Origin: Eledone cirrhosa | Lineage: Eukaryota | Assembly: GCA_964016885.1 (NCBI GenBank) | Contig: OZ024746.1 | Span: 81,220,001 to 81,284,000, forward strand | Direction of reading: 5' to 3' | Length of the DNA stretch: 64,000 bases | Shown here: positions 39,701-53,711 of the stretch, in pieces | How positions within the stretch are numbered: the first letter of the stretch is position 1 | Layout: every line of letters begins with the position of its first letter | Translations under genes and position numbers: made by a program | The notes under the pieces: model-generated | What the model was told of the DNA's origin: nothing | Seen by the model: only the letters and a program-made list of their open reading frames with translations | Database searches by the model: none

Positions 39701-41820
39701 AACCACTACTAACCATACAAACATACCATCACAACCTTCTACCACCACCAGTACTATGACCATCGCTACTATCTCCACAACCACTACTAACCTTACAAAC
39801 ATACCATCACAACCTTCTACCACCACCACTACTATGACCATCGCTACTATCTCCACAACCACTACTAACCATACAAACATACCATCACAACCTTCTACCA
39901 CCACCACTACTATGACCATCGCTACTATCTCCACAACCACTACTAACCATACAAACATACCATCACAACCTTCTACCACCACCACTACTATGACCATCGC
40001 TACTATCTCCACAACCACTACTAACCATACAAACATACCATCACTACCTTCTACCACCACCACTACTATGACCATCGCTACTATCTCCACAACCACTACT
40101 AACCATACAAACATACCATCACAACCTTCTACCACCACCAGTACTATGACCATCGCTACTATCTCCACAACCACTACTAACCTTACAAACATACCATCAC
40201 AACCTTCTACCACCACCACTACTATGACCATCGCTACTATCTCCACAACCACTACTAACCATACAAACATACCATCACAACCTTCTACCACCACCACTAC
40301 TATGACCATCGCTACTATCTCCACAACCACTACTAACCATACAAACATACCATCACAACCTTCTACCACCACCAGTACTATGACCATCGCTACTATCTCC
40401 ACAACCACTACTAACCATACAAACATACCATCACTACCTTCTACCACCACCACTACTATGACCATCACTACTATCTCCACAACCACTACTAACCATACAA
40501 ACATACCATCACAACCTTCTACCACCACCAGTACTATGACCATCGCTAGTATCTCCACAACCACTACTAACCATACAAACATACCATCACTACCTTCTAC
40601 CACCACCACTACTATGACCATCGCTACTATCTCCACAACCACTACTAACCATACAAACATACCATCACTACCTTCTACCACCACCACTACTATGACCATC
40701 GCTAGTATCTCCACAACCACTACTAACCATACAAACATACCATCACAACCTTCTACCAACACCACTACTATGACCATCGCTACTATCTCCACAACCACTA
40801 CTAACCATACAAACATACCATCACAACCTTCTACCACTACCAGTACTATGACCATCGCTACTATCTCCACAACCACTACTAACCTTACAAACATACCATC
40901 ACAACCTTCTACCACCACCAGTACTATGACCATCGCTACTATCTCCACAACCACTACTAACCTTACAAACATACCATCACAACCTTCTACCACCACCAGT
41001 ACTATGACCATCGCTACTATCTCCACAACCACTACTAACCATACAAACATACCATCACAACCTTCTACCACCACCACTACTATGACCATCACTACTATCT
41101 CCACAACCACTACTAACATTACAAACATACCATCACAACCTTCTACCACCACCACTACTATGACCATCACTACTATCTCCACAACCACTACTAACCATAC
41201 AAACATACCATCACAACCTTCTACCACCACCACTACTATGACCATCACTACTATCTCCACAACCACTACTAACCATACAAACATACCATCACAACCTTCT
41301 ACCACCACCACTACTATGACCATCACTACTATCTCCACAACCACTACTAACCATACAAACATACCATCACAACCTTCTACCACCACCACTACTATGACCA
41401 TCACTACTATCTCCACAACCACTACTAACCTTACAAACATACCATCACAACCTTCTACCACCACCAGTACTATGACCATCGCTAGTATCTCCACAACCAC
41501 TACTAACCATACAAACATACCATCACTACCTTCTACCAACACCACTACTATGACCATCGCTACTATCTCCACAACCACTACTAACCATACAAACATACCA
41601 TCACTACCTTCTACCACTACCACTACTATGACCATCGCTAGTATCTCCACAACCACTACTAACCTTACAAACATACCATCACTACCTTCTACCACTACCA
41701 GTACTATGACCATCGCTACTATCTCCACAACCACTACTAACCTTACAAACATACCATCACCACCACTACCGCCACCACTACCACCACTACCTTCTCCACA
41801 ACCTTCTACCACCACAACTA
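36780..41820. repeat. 78-bp minisatellite, roughly 60-65 units
   Basis: Unit ATGACCATCGCTACTATCTCCACAACCACTACTAACCATACAAACATACCATCACAACCTTCTACCACCACCACTACT (26 codons); 77-bp frameshifting variants between ~37108 and ~37500. Confidence 0.95.
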
Positions 41821-42361
41821 CCACTGCATAACAACAGCCGGGAGTCATAACTTTCTTTTCTCCTCCCCCCAGTCCCCTTTCACCCAGCTACATTTGACAA
41901 GGTTTCGCTTGTTAACATATTTTTATTGTTGCTCATTATTTTGTCTGTCTGTTTGTCTGTCTGTCTGTCTATCTGCCAGCGTATATGTCCGTTTGTCTGG
42001 TTGTCTATCTCTGTGTGTATATAAATATGTACGTACGTGTATATGTATGCATATATGCTTGTATGTATGCATGTACGCATATACGTACGTACATATGTGT
42101 GTATGCATGTATGTATGCATTTATGCATGTACGTACGTACGTACGTATGTATGCATGTATGTATGTACATACGTATGTATGTATTATGTATGTATGTATG
42201 TATGTATGTATGTATGTATGTATGTATGTATGTATGTATGTATCTACCTATCTATGAATGTGTATTTTTGTTCGTCTATATATATATATGTAAATAAACA
42301 TATAAACACATACACACTCGCTCATACAAGTACTTCTGTGTTTGTGTTTACCAATGTTTTG

Positions 42362-42417
<56 letters not shown>

Positions 42418-43974
42418 GCAGAGTAAATATATATCGCTTCTAAATGTATTTGTATGCACATGCCTGTGATTCTGGGAGACCTCAAGATCTGCTTGAGACT
42501 CTAACTAATATAGAAAATCTACCGATTGTTGTCCTGGTAGGGTGTGATGTGGCTACAACTGCCACTCGTCTATATATTGCTATGAAACACCCGGCGAGAG
42601 ATCATACTGTGAAAGGGTGTTGCTCAGCAGCTCAAAACAGGTAAAAAAAAAAAATCAAGGTTAGTGAGTGATAAACCACGCTAATACGTCGAGAAAACAG
42701 AAGTAACTTGTTTATGATGATTTGCAAAAGATCTCACAAGTTCAACGGTAAAGTTCACATGCTTTCGATAGTTTGAGAACTACAAAAATAAATGTATATG
42801 TTTAGTATTTGATGGATATTCTGTATTCCAACAATAAATCATGACCTAACTTATCTTCCCAATCCACCATTCGCCTCCGCCTCCATCTTCTGGAGCACAT
42901 TGCTGTCACATCTATATTATCTCTAGAGAAGCCTATTCAAAAGCTTAAACCCGAATTCAGGGGGCCTCTTTTGTAGACGACGCATATCGTTGTCATCCGA
43001 ACAACATAAAAGGTATGCAATATTTACTCACCCGAGGCCGGAGCAGGCTACAGAAGCGAGCTCAAAGAATGCGATTGGCAATTATCAACATTACAGCACA
43101 CTCTGTAACTGAAGTCATGAACTTGCCGATCTCTTGAAGAGTCTATGTCCAGAAGACAGAGTGGAAGGGAGCCAACACTCAGCAAGGGTTACAAGTTCTT
43201 TTACAATGATTACATGATCAATCACAACGCTATGTCTGTGGTTATCAACGAGAAATTATGAAACGACGTCATTGAAGTCTGCTGCATTTCAAACCACCTG
43301 GTGTAAGTGAAGATCAACTAGGAAGTCGTGGTAAAAAGAAAATGACAAAATCTGCAATCGCATTGACCCTCATTTCTAAATCTGGTGGGACGTGATCTGA
43401 TGGTTATGTGGAAACGAAGAAGGTCAGTTATGCCCAAGTTTGTAGTGGACGGCAAGACAGTAATCGAACCCTCTACCACACCCACTACCTAGCCATTTAC
43501 ATCAGCGGCAGACGATAGACCCAGATCAGCTACTAGTTGCTGCGTGGGCGTGATTTTAAACTGCAATCACAAACATGAACGCAAATGACTTATCATGATC
43601 AGATAGCGTAGCAGAAGATAACTGAGCATGGGTCTGAACAGCAAATAATTATTATGAAAAACAATATTACTGACTAGATTGGAGATACCGCTATCAAGAT
43701 AAAGGGAAGATGAAGCTTGGATAGGATAGGGATTTATCAACAAAATGTGATATGGTGGGACGAAAGAGTTTAGGTAGTTATAAAGAACAATAATAAGATG
43801 GCATAAAGAAATACCTGGGTATAGTCGCGATGATGTGTAAATCAATTTATATATATATATATATATAAAAATACAAATAAATTATCGAGAATCGGAACTT
43901 CGGCTCACGAAATAACGAAACACAATCTTCGAAATGTGTGGCAAAGTGCTCAATAGTTTGGATAAACCAGAGCT

Positions 43975-44012
43975 ATATGTAACCTATGTGCAACCACGCA
44001 GCGCTCTATTTT

Positions 44013-44065
<53 letters not shown>

Positions 44066-44310
44066 AGAAAAATAGAGCGCTGCGTGGTTGCACATAGGTT
44101 ACATATGAATAAAATTAGTCCTTCATCAATGATCTTCCAACTTTCATTGGTATTTCATCGCTTTAAAATTCATATACCTCTAGTTGGTGCGAGCAATAAC
44201 AAATAAAGTTATTGGGACAAGTAAAATAGGGTGAAACGAGCGAGACATGTAAACAAACAACGGTGGTATGGCAACGGAAAGATAGGAAGAGACAAGCACA
44301 TGAAATCTGT
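43975..44310 (-). mobile_element. Module E1 with its end duplicated in inverted orientation across (TA)n
   Basis: 43975-44017 is the reverse complement of 44064-44106; the remainder matches E1. Confidence 0.8.
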
Positions 44311-44383
44311 ATATATATATATATATATATCTTATATACATATATATATATATATACATAAACTTATATATATATATATACGT

Positions 44384-44469
<86 letters not shown>

Positions 44470-44475
<6 letters not shown>

Positions 44476-44673
44476 ATAATAATAAATTTGAAGACTAAAA
44501 TCCAAAGAGGGCTCGATAAGGATAAATATATATCAAATATATAAGAACCGTAGAGCAAATATTTATTAAAATAACAGATTAAAGTTTAAGCAAAGAATCG
44601 CTGCTTTCACCTTTAACGGGATCTTCTTAAAGCAGCGATTCTTTACTTAAACTTTAATCTGTTATTTTAATAA

Positions 44674-44677
<4 letters not shown>
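44470..44677 (-). mobile_element. Module E2 with terminal fold-back
   Basis: Arms 44559-44607 and 44629-44677 (one mismatch), 21-nt spacer; (TA)n on both sides. Confidence 0.8.
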
Positions 44678-44748
<71 letters not shown>

Positions 44749-45002
44749 ATCCAACAGAGTAAAATAGGAATCAAAGCGGACCGTAAGTAAAAAAAAGAGT
44801 TGGGAACCACTGGGTTGCATCACTGGACACATGGGTATGTTATCAACTGAAAGTGATCCGATTATCAAGCTTTGCATGATTCGCATGTCCTTCTACAACG
44901 CTGGAGTAACCAAGATATCCTTGCTAAGGCATGAGAACGACTTCGATATTTTAGAACAGAGTTTTCTAGTGACTCTATTCAACAAGGTCATTACAAATGA
45001 CA

Positions 45003-45403
45003 TAATTGTTTGTTTCTACTTTTGGCACAAGGCCAGCAATTAACCCAAGTGCATTACTGGTACTTTATTTTATCGACCCCGTAAGGATGAAAGGTAAAGT
45101 TAACCTCGGCGGGATTTGAACTCAGACCAAAAAGGGTTGTAACTCTATGTTGCAAAGCATGGCGTCAGAGCCTCTACCAATACTGCCAATCCACCGCCCT
45201 ATCCGCCCTTTATCATAATTGTTTCTACTTTTGGCACAAGGCCAGCAATTACCCAGTACATTAATGGTACTTTATTTTATCGACCCCGTAAGGATGAAAG
45301 GCAAAGTTAACCTCGGCGGGATTTGAACTCAGACCGTAAAGGGACGTAATTATGCTGGAAAGCATGGCGTCCGACTCTCTACCGATACTGCCAATCCACC
45401 GCC
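45003..45403 (-). mobile_element. Two tandem SINE type A copies
   Basis: Two full reverse-complement units. Confidence 0.9.
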
Positions 45404-45556
45404 TAATGACAGGAGTTTGGACAAGTATCACAGTATCAATCTTGAGGGGTGATGTCAACCAGTGCAATAATTACTAGCCAATATGGTTGTATCATTTCAT
45501 AAAGATATCTTAATGCCTCTTAGAGGAGCAATTGTGCTGCGGTATTCATACCATAT

Positions 45557-45840
45557 GTGGAGGCACGTGGCTTAGTGGTGAGGGTGTTGGACTTACGATC
45601 ATAATGTCGTGGGTTCGATTCCTGGGCTGCGTGTTGTGTTCTTGATCAAAACACTTCATTTCACGTTGCTCCAGTATACTCAGCTGAAAATGAGCACCAG
45701 CAATACCTGAGGGTTTAACCCTGCGATGGACTGGTGTCCTGTTCAGGGGGGAGTTTTGTACTCTCAGTCGTTTCACGCCATGAAACCGGGATAAGCACCG
45801 GCGAAATGAGCCTTCTAGCTTAAGACAGACTTTAGACTAT
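45557..45840 (+). mobile_element. SINE type B (CORE-like), near full length
   Basis: TGGCTTAGTGG A box, GGTTCGATTCC B box, CACTTCATTTCACGTTGCTCCAGT, AACCCTGCGATGGACTGG. Confidence 0.8.
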
Positions 45841-46649
45841 TCATACCATACATAACCAAAACGAATTCGTCATAGTAAGTGAATAAGCGACGTTATTCGT
45901 GTTGCAAATCAACAGGAGAAGAACGGAATTGTCTACTCTGCATTACCTGATATGGGGGATGGATTATCTTCTCAATTGTCATACATTCCGATCTCATGGA
46001 GTTCAGGAAGTCTATATCAGATAGCTTCAAATTGTGTATTAAGATGTCCAATGTAATGTGTCTTACTCAGTGGTGTCACGCCGCCCTTCTTCCTATAGAT
46101 TGGTGTTTATAAGAAATCTGCGCTCATCGGTAAATATGACAGTTTAAGAAATCAGCCCAATCGAACGATGACCGTTCAGATGCCCCCCCCCCCCCCCACA
46201 CCAAAAAAAAAACACCCAAAAGACTAAAAAAAAAAAGAAAGAAAAACAATGAATGGCTCGAGTGAGAAAAGTGAGAAAAGATATGTGACTGGTGAATATT
46301 GGTCCCATGGGTGTCCTCCAGGTCAAGAGGGGGAAGGCATTTTATGATGATGGTCTCTCTCCCTCACCCTCTCTCTGTCTCTCTTTGTGTGTGTGTATAT
46401 ATATATATATATATGAATGCAAATAAAAAAAATCTAATTTTAATGTAAATCTTTCATATTCACGAAAAACTGCTCGAAAGAAATTATGTCTTTGACAATT
46501 GATCTCCTGTCTTGAAGCTAAGAAATTCAGTCTGTGCTGCCTTCTCATTACGCTGAAAGTTTGGATTACTGGCTTATGGCATCTTCTTTGGAACGGAATA
46601 TAACATGGTTTCTTCTGCTTCTTCTAATACAGCATGAAACAAGTGAGTA

Positions 46650-46760
46650 CTAATGATTCATTTGTCGACGACGCTGCAATTACGTGTCAATCAGATGACA
46701 ATTTCCATGCACTAATGGAATCGCTTGATCTAGGTCTTTCTAGATTTCAGACTTCCAGTC
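46650..46760 (+). pseudogene. Reverse transcriptase remnant (RTE-like)
   Basis: Translates DSFVDDAAITCQSDDNFHALMESL, resembling the FADD motif region. Confidence 0.4.
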
Positions 46761-47076
46761 CGGAGCCAAGCGCGTAACCTAGGATATCGTGGGCCCTCGA
46801 ACTACATCTCTATTCAATTTAATTGTGGTGGAGGCAGCCATCCATAAGAATGAACCACACGATGTGGACCGGCTCTTTCAACGGATCCTTCTCGCCATTC
46901 TTCGGAGTAAAGCATTAGCCATTTTGTCTGTTGGCACCATAAAATATTTGAATGACGAGCTTTGAATCCTTTTGTTTTTCGTAATCACAAAATAAAATGT
47001 ACATGTTTATAGCAAACAAACAAAAAACAAACAAAATCGTCTTTATATATAGTCTATGGTGTTTGTGTGTAGAGAA

Positions 47077-47895
47077 GACTTGTCAACTCTCCCCGTCCGA
47101 CGGAGAGATCTCCCACCAACTTTGGGGTGGGTGAGATATGTCTTCTCTTGTGAAAATAGGTATAGCTTTCATTATGTAAAATTTCCCCATTTTGGGACAC
47201 TTTTTTTCATGGTATTCCCCGTTTGGGTTTTTAGAAGTTTTTAGTAGGTCTGGTAGAGAGCAGTACCCAGTGTGGGTCACTCTTGAACCTTGTAAAGGAT
47301 CAACAGCTGAGCAAAAGAGAAATATTTCCTGGCTCTGAAAAAATATCTTAAATCATTAGGACAAATTTGTACAATGTTATATACGTGGGTTCACCAGGAG
47401 GGTTTATCAGGGATTCTTATTTTTAGCAATTGAAATAAGTTCTGGAGGCTAAGTAGTGTGTTATTTATACATATAGATAAAGTGTACTTCGTAAAATACT
47501 ATTTCGATTGCAAACCTCTAAAAAGAGATGCGGGAGCACCATGAAAAAGAATATCCCGAAACGGGGAGAAATGAGGCAAAATGAGGATATTTTACATAAT
47601 TGTTTCTACTTTAGACACAAGGCGAGCAATGACCTAGTGCATTACTGGTACTTTATTTTATCGACCCCCGTAAGGATGAAAGAAAAAGTTAACCTCGACA
47701 GGATTTGAACTCAGACTGTAAAGGGACGTAACTATGCAAGAAAGCATGGCGTCCAACCCTCTACCGATACTGCCAATTCACCGCCCTTACATAATGAAAG
47801 CTATACCCATTTTCACAAGAGAGGACATCTCTCACCCACACCAAAATAAGTGAGAGATCTTTCCGTCGGACGGGGAGGGTTGACAGGTTTGCATT
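47077..47895. mobile_element. Element with long diverged terminal inverted repeats (MITE/foldback-like)
   Basis: Left arm ~47077-47230 pairs with ~47535-47600 plus 47787-47895 once the inserted SINE is removed. Confidence 0.7.
47601..47786 (-). mobile_element. SINE type A with 9-bp target-site duplication
   Basis: TTACATAAT at 47592-47600 and 47787-47795. Confidence 0.9.
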
Positions 47896-48738
47896 GTGTA
47901 TGTAGGGATTATGCATTTGGGCTGTTGAGGGAAACTTGGCTTTTATTACCATATTGAAAGAGGTGGATTTCCACGACTCGCTTCATAGCCGCAATACAAG
48001 TTTGACGTGTGGTGAGTAGCTTCATTCTTTTGTTTATAAACTAAAGGAATAATTTGTCAAACATTTACATTTTTCAAAAAGCAATGTAATTTTCGTTAAC
48101 GTATAATGAACACTGAATGTAAATTAGATGTACAGCGTTAAAGAACTCTATAGTATTCTCACATCCAGAAGCAGGGTATCAGTAACCCCATAACAACGTC
48201 TGCAAACGGATAAAAAAAAAGTATTGGGCATGAATAGAATGTTTGGGTGAAATTGTTGGCCTCTAATTTAATTCGAGAAAAATTAAAGTAAAGAAAGAAA
48301 CCTCAAGCGATAATGATAGACCCAGGTAAAGTTATTGTTGGTTCTATATTTACCTTTCCTACCAGGATGTACCTCTAGAACTCCGGAACGTACACATGTA
48401 TGGGTAAATAGATAGATCGGTAGATAGATAAGTAGATAGAAAAGTATGTAGGCAAGTAGTTATATATCAGTTAATAAATTTATTGATAAAAATGACTCAT
48501 TTACAATCTATTATGATTAATCATAAATATTTATATTTTATATGGATTTTCAATGAACCTAAGCTGTCACCGTTTGTAATCTGTTGTGCTGTCCATATAT
48601 GGTGACAAATTGGCGAAGTCGTTAGGGCCTCAGTAATTATTCTGACTCACTGTGTACTGAGTTTAAATCCTGCTGAGGCCAGCTTTGCTTTTAATCCTTT
48701 CGATGTCGATAAATAAAGTACCTGTCAACTGGATCGAT

Positions 48739-48802
<64 letters not shown>

Positions 48803-49479
48803 ACACTTTGGAAGAAATCGGTTCTGTTCCGACCAGGAAAGTGGGTTCTGTTTGGTTTAAAATTCCTAAGCTATGTCATGTGTCATGACGGCGCCTCTCC
48901 GACTCCAATAAGAATTAAGGACCCTTTTTTTAATACAAAACGCAGTAAAACAATTCAACACACCTTCAATACAATGAGAGAGATGGGTGATAAAACTATT
49001 TTTTTTTAATTTGTCACAGCAACATATACCGCCCGCTGGCAATGATATAATATCACCTAACCAATCAGTTGTGTGTTGAGTGGTTCTTAATGTTTTAGTT
49101 ATAAGACATTTTTAAAGGACTTGTAATCTACTCAAAATATGTTTGACATTTAAACATTTTGATACCAAACCGTCTGATTGGTTTTATGATACAAGACTGT
49201 TTGTTTTAAAGTGTTTATATTTATCTAAAAACCTTTCGTCATAATTCTATATAAAAATCTTTAGTTAAGTTATGCTCCAAAGATCATCTTATTAGTGGGT
49301 ATGTTACTTATATTATTATGTAGGTATGGACCCGTAACTCCTGATGAAATCGTAAGGGCACCGTAGTGACATATGGCGTGTCTTGAGCATTTAAATCTTG
49401 AAGGAGAACCTTTTTTTCCGGAGAAAGAGAGAAATGTGGAGAGTGATAGACAGATAGTGAGAAAGATATGTAGAGGAAA

Positions 49480-50092
49480 AATCGATCCCAGTATTGAAGT
49501 GGCACTTTTTTATCCCTCGAAAAGATGAAAGGTAAAGTTGACCTCGGTAGGTTTGGAACTCTAAGCGTTGAGAGCCGGATCGAATACCATCAAACATTCT
49601 ATCAAACATTCTAACGACTCTGCCACTTCGTCGCATATTCTAACTATCATCGGATTCCTTATATCAGAATCGTTAAAACAGCTAACAATATGACATGTAA
49701 TGTCTAGTTACCTTCCGAGTTCAAAACCTCCTATTATCGTCTTTTCATTTTATCCACCCACCCTCCTCGTGGTATCGACAAACTAAATACGAGTCTGTCA
49801 AGTACTGAGGTCAATAAAATGATCATACCCGCCTTCCTTCGCCGAATTTCTGACCAAGTACCAAACTTGAAATCATTGGATTGGCAGTATCGGTAGAGCG
49901 TTGGACAACATGATTTGTAGCATAGAGTTACGGCCCTTTACGTTATGTATTCAAATCCCGCTGGAGTTAGCATTGCCTTTCATCCTTACGGGGTCGATAA
50001 AATAAAGTTCCAGTCACGTACTGGGGTCAATTTAATCGACTTTCCTTTCCCCCAAAATTGCTGGCTTTGTGCCTGTAGTAGAAACAATTATA
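49480..50092. mobile_element. Cluster of three SINE type A copies (minus, degenerate plus, full plus at 49877-50092)
   Basis: Cores and B boxes visible. Confidence 0.75.
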
Positions 50093-50100
50093 ACATGATA

Positions 50101-50310
50101 TCCAAATACTAGGACTTGACCGATCGCTTACTTTTCGTGCCGGTTGCCGTTGAGGCATCTGGTATCCTTGGTCCCCAAACTGCTGTTTGTCCGCCAAATT
50201 GGCAGGAGTGTATCCCACACAAGGAAGGAGCTCCGTGGGATTGAGTAGATGATACAACGGGTGTCACTCCACAACAATGCTTTCGCTATTTTGTTGGTGG
50301 GCTGCAGCTC
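50101..50310 (+). pseudogene. CRE-clade retrotransposon RLE C-terminal remnant
   Basis: SKY*DLTDRLLFVPVAVEASGILGPQTA, frameshift, ..RQIGRSVS..MIQRVSL..NAFAIL; matches the KY..FVPxAVExxGxxG..QRxS pattern of CRE RLE domains. Confidence 0.7.
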
Positions 50311-50389
50311 AGATATACCGCCTAAACCGGGGTGTAGAGTTTGCTGCTCACTTTCCTTTCTCCTACTTTCATTATCTAATTGTCTTTAT

Positions 50390-50485
50390 AACTTGGCCTT
50401 TCATCCTTACGGGGTCGATAAAATAAAGTACCAGTAATACACTGGCATTATTCCTGGCCTTGTGCCAAAAGTAGAAACAATTATT
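50390..50485 (+). mobile_element. SINE type A 3' half
   Basis: Core domain. Confidence 0.8.
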
Positions 50486-50511
50486 TAATTGTCTTTTCTT
50501 TTCTTATTGCA

Positions 50512-50652
50512 ATCTATCTCTCGGCAGCCCGTCTGAGAGGGGAGCCCCACGAGGTTGAGTGGCTGTTGCAGAGGGTGTCACTGGCCATCGTCCGCGGGAA
50601 TGCTTTTACCGTCTTGTCCGCAGGGCGCAGCACTTCTTCCCTCTTGCCCTAG
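50512..50652 (+). pseudogene. Second CRE-clade 3' remnant
   Basis: Frame from 50521: SAARLRGEPHEVEWLLQRVSLAIVRGNAFTVLSAG..* (QRxSxAxxRGNA motif). Confidence 0.7.
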
Positions 50653-50913
50653 GCCCAAAGCCCAATCACCCCCTTCACCCCTCCCATTTCTTCTGCGACA
50701 CCAGAGCTCTTGGCATCCCCTCCCCTCCCCTTCCCGTTCTTTTTCTTCTTTCTTTCTCTCTTTTTTCTCTATATTTCCCTATTCTTTCTTTCCTTTTATT
50801 TCCCTTTTTTTTTATTATTGCCGTCATTATAGTTGTCAGACATTTACAGAATAAAACTTCAGTCGAAACTAAAATAAAATAAAATTGGAAATATCCTTCG
50901 TGAGGAAATGCCT

Positions 50914-50960
<47 letters not shown>

Positions 50961-51271
50961 ACAACAACAACAATTTTTCTTAATTTGTATAGATTTTTTT
51001 TTTCCTTTTGTAACTGTTTTCGAAAGGAAATACGACTGGTCATTCATTGCAGGTCAGTCAGACCGAGATTTTAATATCTGATGTGTTTTATGCTCAGTAG
51101 TTGGGCAAGCAGTGGTAGAATGCAAGTCAGAGATGGTGATAGATAGACAGACAGACAGATGGATAGATAGATGCATAGATAGAGAAAGAGAGGAGAGAGA
51201 AGGTAGTTGTGTCATAAAGAATGAGGTTAGAAAGAGAAAGGGAAGAGGGAGAAGGCGGAGGAGATAGAGAA

Positions 51272-51308
<37 letters not shown>

Positions 51309-52084
51309 CTGAGAAAGAGAGCTGTTGGTGGAAACAAGAAAGAAACTTTTAAAAATGGGGAGACCAAATGAGAAAAAGTAAGAGGAACATAAAGACAGGG
51401 AGAGAAAGAAAGAGAGAGGGGGAAGATATAGTGAGAGAGGTTGAGAGAAAGTAGGAAGAGAGGGGAAGGGAGAGAAAGAGGGAGAGAACGGTTGATAGAC
51501 AGACAGATAGAAAAATGTGTCATAAACAAACACAAATACACAGGGGTTTATAGAAGTTAAGGGTAGAGGTGGGGGAAAACAAACGTTGGAAGTGGTAGCA
51601 GTGGAACGTTCGGAGTTAGAAAGTAAGAGAGAAAGAGACGGAAATAGTGTGTGAATGAGAGAGAGTAGGAAATGGTGGGTGAATAAGAAAGAGAGAGAGA
51701 GTAGGAAATAGTGTGTGGGAAAGAGAGAGAGAGAGAGAGAGTATGAAATAGCGAGTGAGTAAGAGAAAGGAAGAGAGAGAAAGAGTAGGAAATAGTGTGT
51801 GGGAAAGAGAGAGAGAGTATGAAATAGCGAGTGAGTAAGAGAAGGAAGAGAGAGAAAGAGTAGGAAATAGTGTGTAAGTAAGAGAGAGAGGGGGGGGTTG
51901 TGGTGGTTGTGGTATGTGTGTGGTGGTGGTGGAGAGTAATGTATCATAAACAAACACACAAAATACACATACTTTTATGTATAGGGGCAAGCAGTGGTAG
52001 TTGCGACAGGGAGAAAGAGATGAGAGAGAGAGAGATAGACAATGAGAGCGAGAGAGAGAGAGAATGAGAGACCAATGTTGTCAC

Positions 52085-52525
52085 ACTTTAATACTCATAT
52101 GTACCCGTACGTAACATACGCACACATACGCACACTGAAGCGTACATAACACACGCACACACACACTGAAGCGTACGTAACACACGCACACGAACGTACG
52201 TAACATACAAGCAAAACACGCAAAAACACATACACTTAAACGAACATAACACACGCACATGAACGTAGGTAACATACACGCAAACGCAAACACACACACA
52301 CACACACTTAAACGAACATAAAACATGCACACGAACGTACGTAACATACACGCAAACACACACACACACACTTAAGCGTACATAACACACACACGAACGC
52401 ACGTAACATACACGCAAACACACACACACACACTTAAGCGTACATAAAACACACACGAACGTACGTAACATACACGCAAACTCACACACACACACATACA
52501 AACGTATGTAAGTAACATGCACGCA
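52085..52525. repeat. Degenerate ~55-60 bp minisatellite with (CA)n cores
   Basis: Recurring CGTACGTAACATACACGCAAACACAC..CTTAAGCGTACATAAC. Confidence 0.75.
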
Positions 52526-52653
52526 CACAAGTCGATCCATCGGATGGAGCCGCATTTACGCAGAAGTAAAGAATAAGCAGAGCGAGTCGTCTGCATGCGT
52601 CAACTGACACACTCTCTCTTTCTCCTCTCTCTCTCACACACACACATATACAT

Positions 52654-52696
<43 letters not shown>

Positions 52697-52734
52697 CACG
52701 CACGCACATGAACAGACACCAAAACATCGCCGCC

Positions 52735-53058
52735 CACCACCACCACCACCACTACCACTACCACCACTACCACCACCACTACCACTACCACCACCACTAC
52801 CACCACCACCACCACCACCACTACCACCACCACTACCACCACCACTACCACCACCACCACTACCACTACCACCACCACCACCACCACTACCACCACCACC
52901 ACCACTACCACCACCACTACCACCACCACCACCACCACCACTACCACCACCACCACTACCACTACCACCACCACTACCACCACCACCACTACCACCACCA
53001 CCACCACTACCACCACCACTACCACCACCACCACCACTACCACCACCACCACCACCAC
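52735..53058. repeat. (CAC/TAC)n trinucleotide tract
   Basis: Seen directly; poly-His/Gly/Val ORFs. Confidence 0.95.
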
Positions 53059-53405
53059 ACCAGTCTGGGGGAGTCCATTCCAGTGCACTGACTGAATCCC
53101 GGTACATTACTTTATCGATCCTGTCGTTCAAACCTCTTGCTGGAGATGATGATGATTCATACAGTCGCACGGCTACTACCACGACCACCCTTCTCTTCCT
53201 GCTACTACACAGTCAGCACTGTCACTGAGACCCTAAACACCCACCCACCCTGCTTGGAACTAACTACTCTCTTCTTTTCTGGAAGCCTTTCGAAATAAGG
53301 AAGCTACTGTTTAAATTGAGGAACAGTGACTGCTGTAATCCATCGGGCTTATAATTAGGTCACAAACAGCCGATATAAAATAAATATAAATATAAATATA
53401 TAAAT

Positions 53406-53454
<49 letters not shown>

Positions 53455-53711
53455 TATATACACACACGCATATATACACACACACACATATATACATACA
53501 CATGCACACATATATACATACACATGCACACATACACGCACACAAAAAAAGAAGAGAAAAAAGCAAAACAGATATCTAAATATATTTAGATATCTGACAG
53601 ATGCTGATGGTGTAGAAGATAGATGGATTGAGGGAAATTAACAAATATATTGTTTTTTTGACAAGGCATCCATAAGACCTACATCCAGGATTTTGACAAG
53701 GTATACATAAG

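Noticed and set aside
42440-43830. Possible decayed LINE ORF1/endonuclease region
   Set aside because: Only a faint GDFN-like resemblance near 43545; too degenerate to support
52600-53188. Poly-His, Gly-Ser and poly-Val ORFs
   Set aside because: (CAC/TAC)n microsatellite
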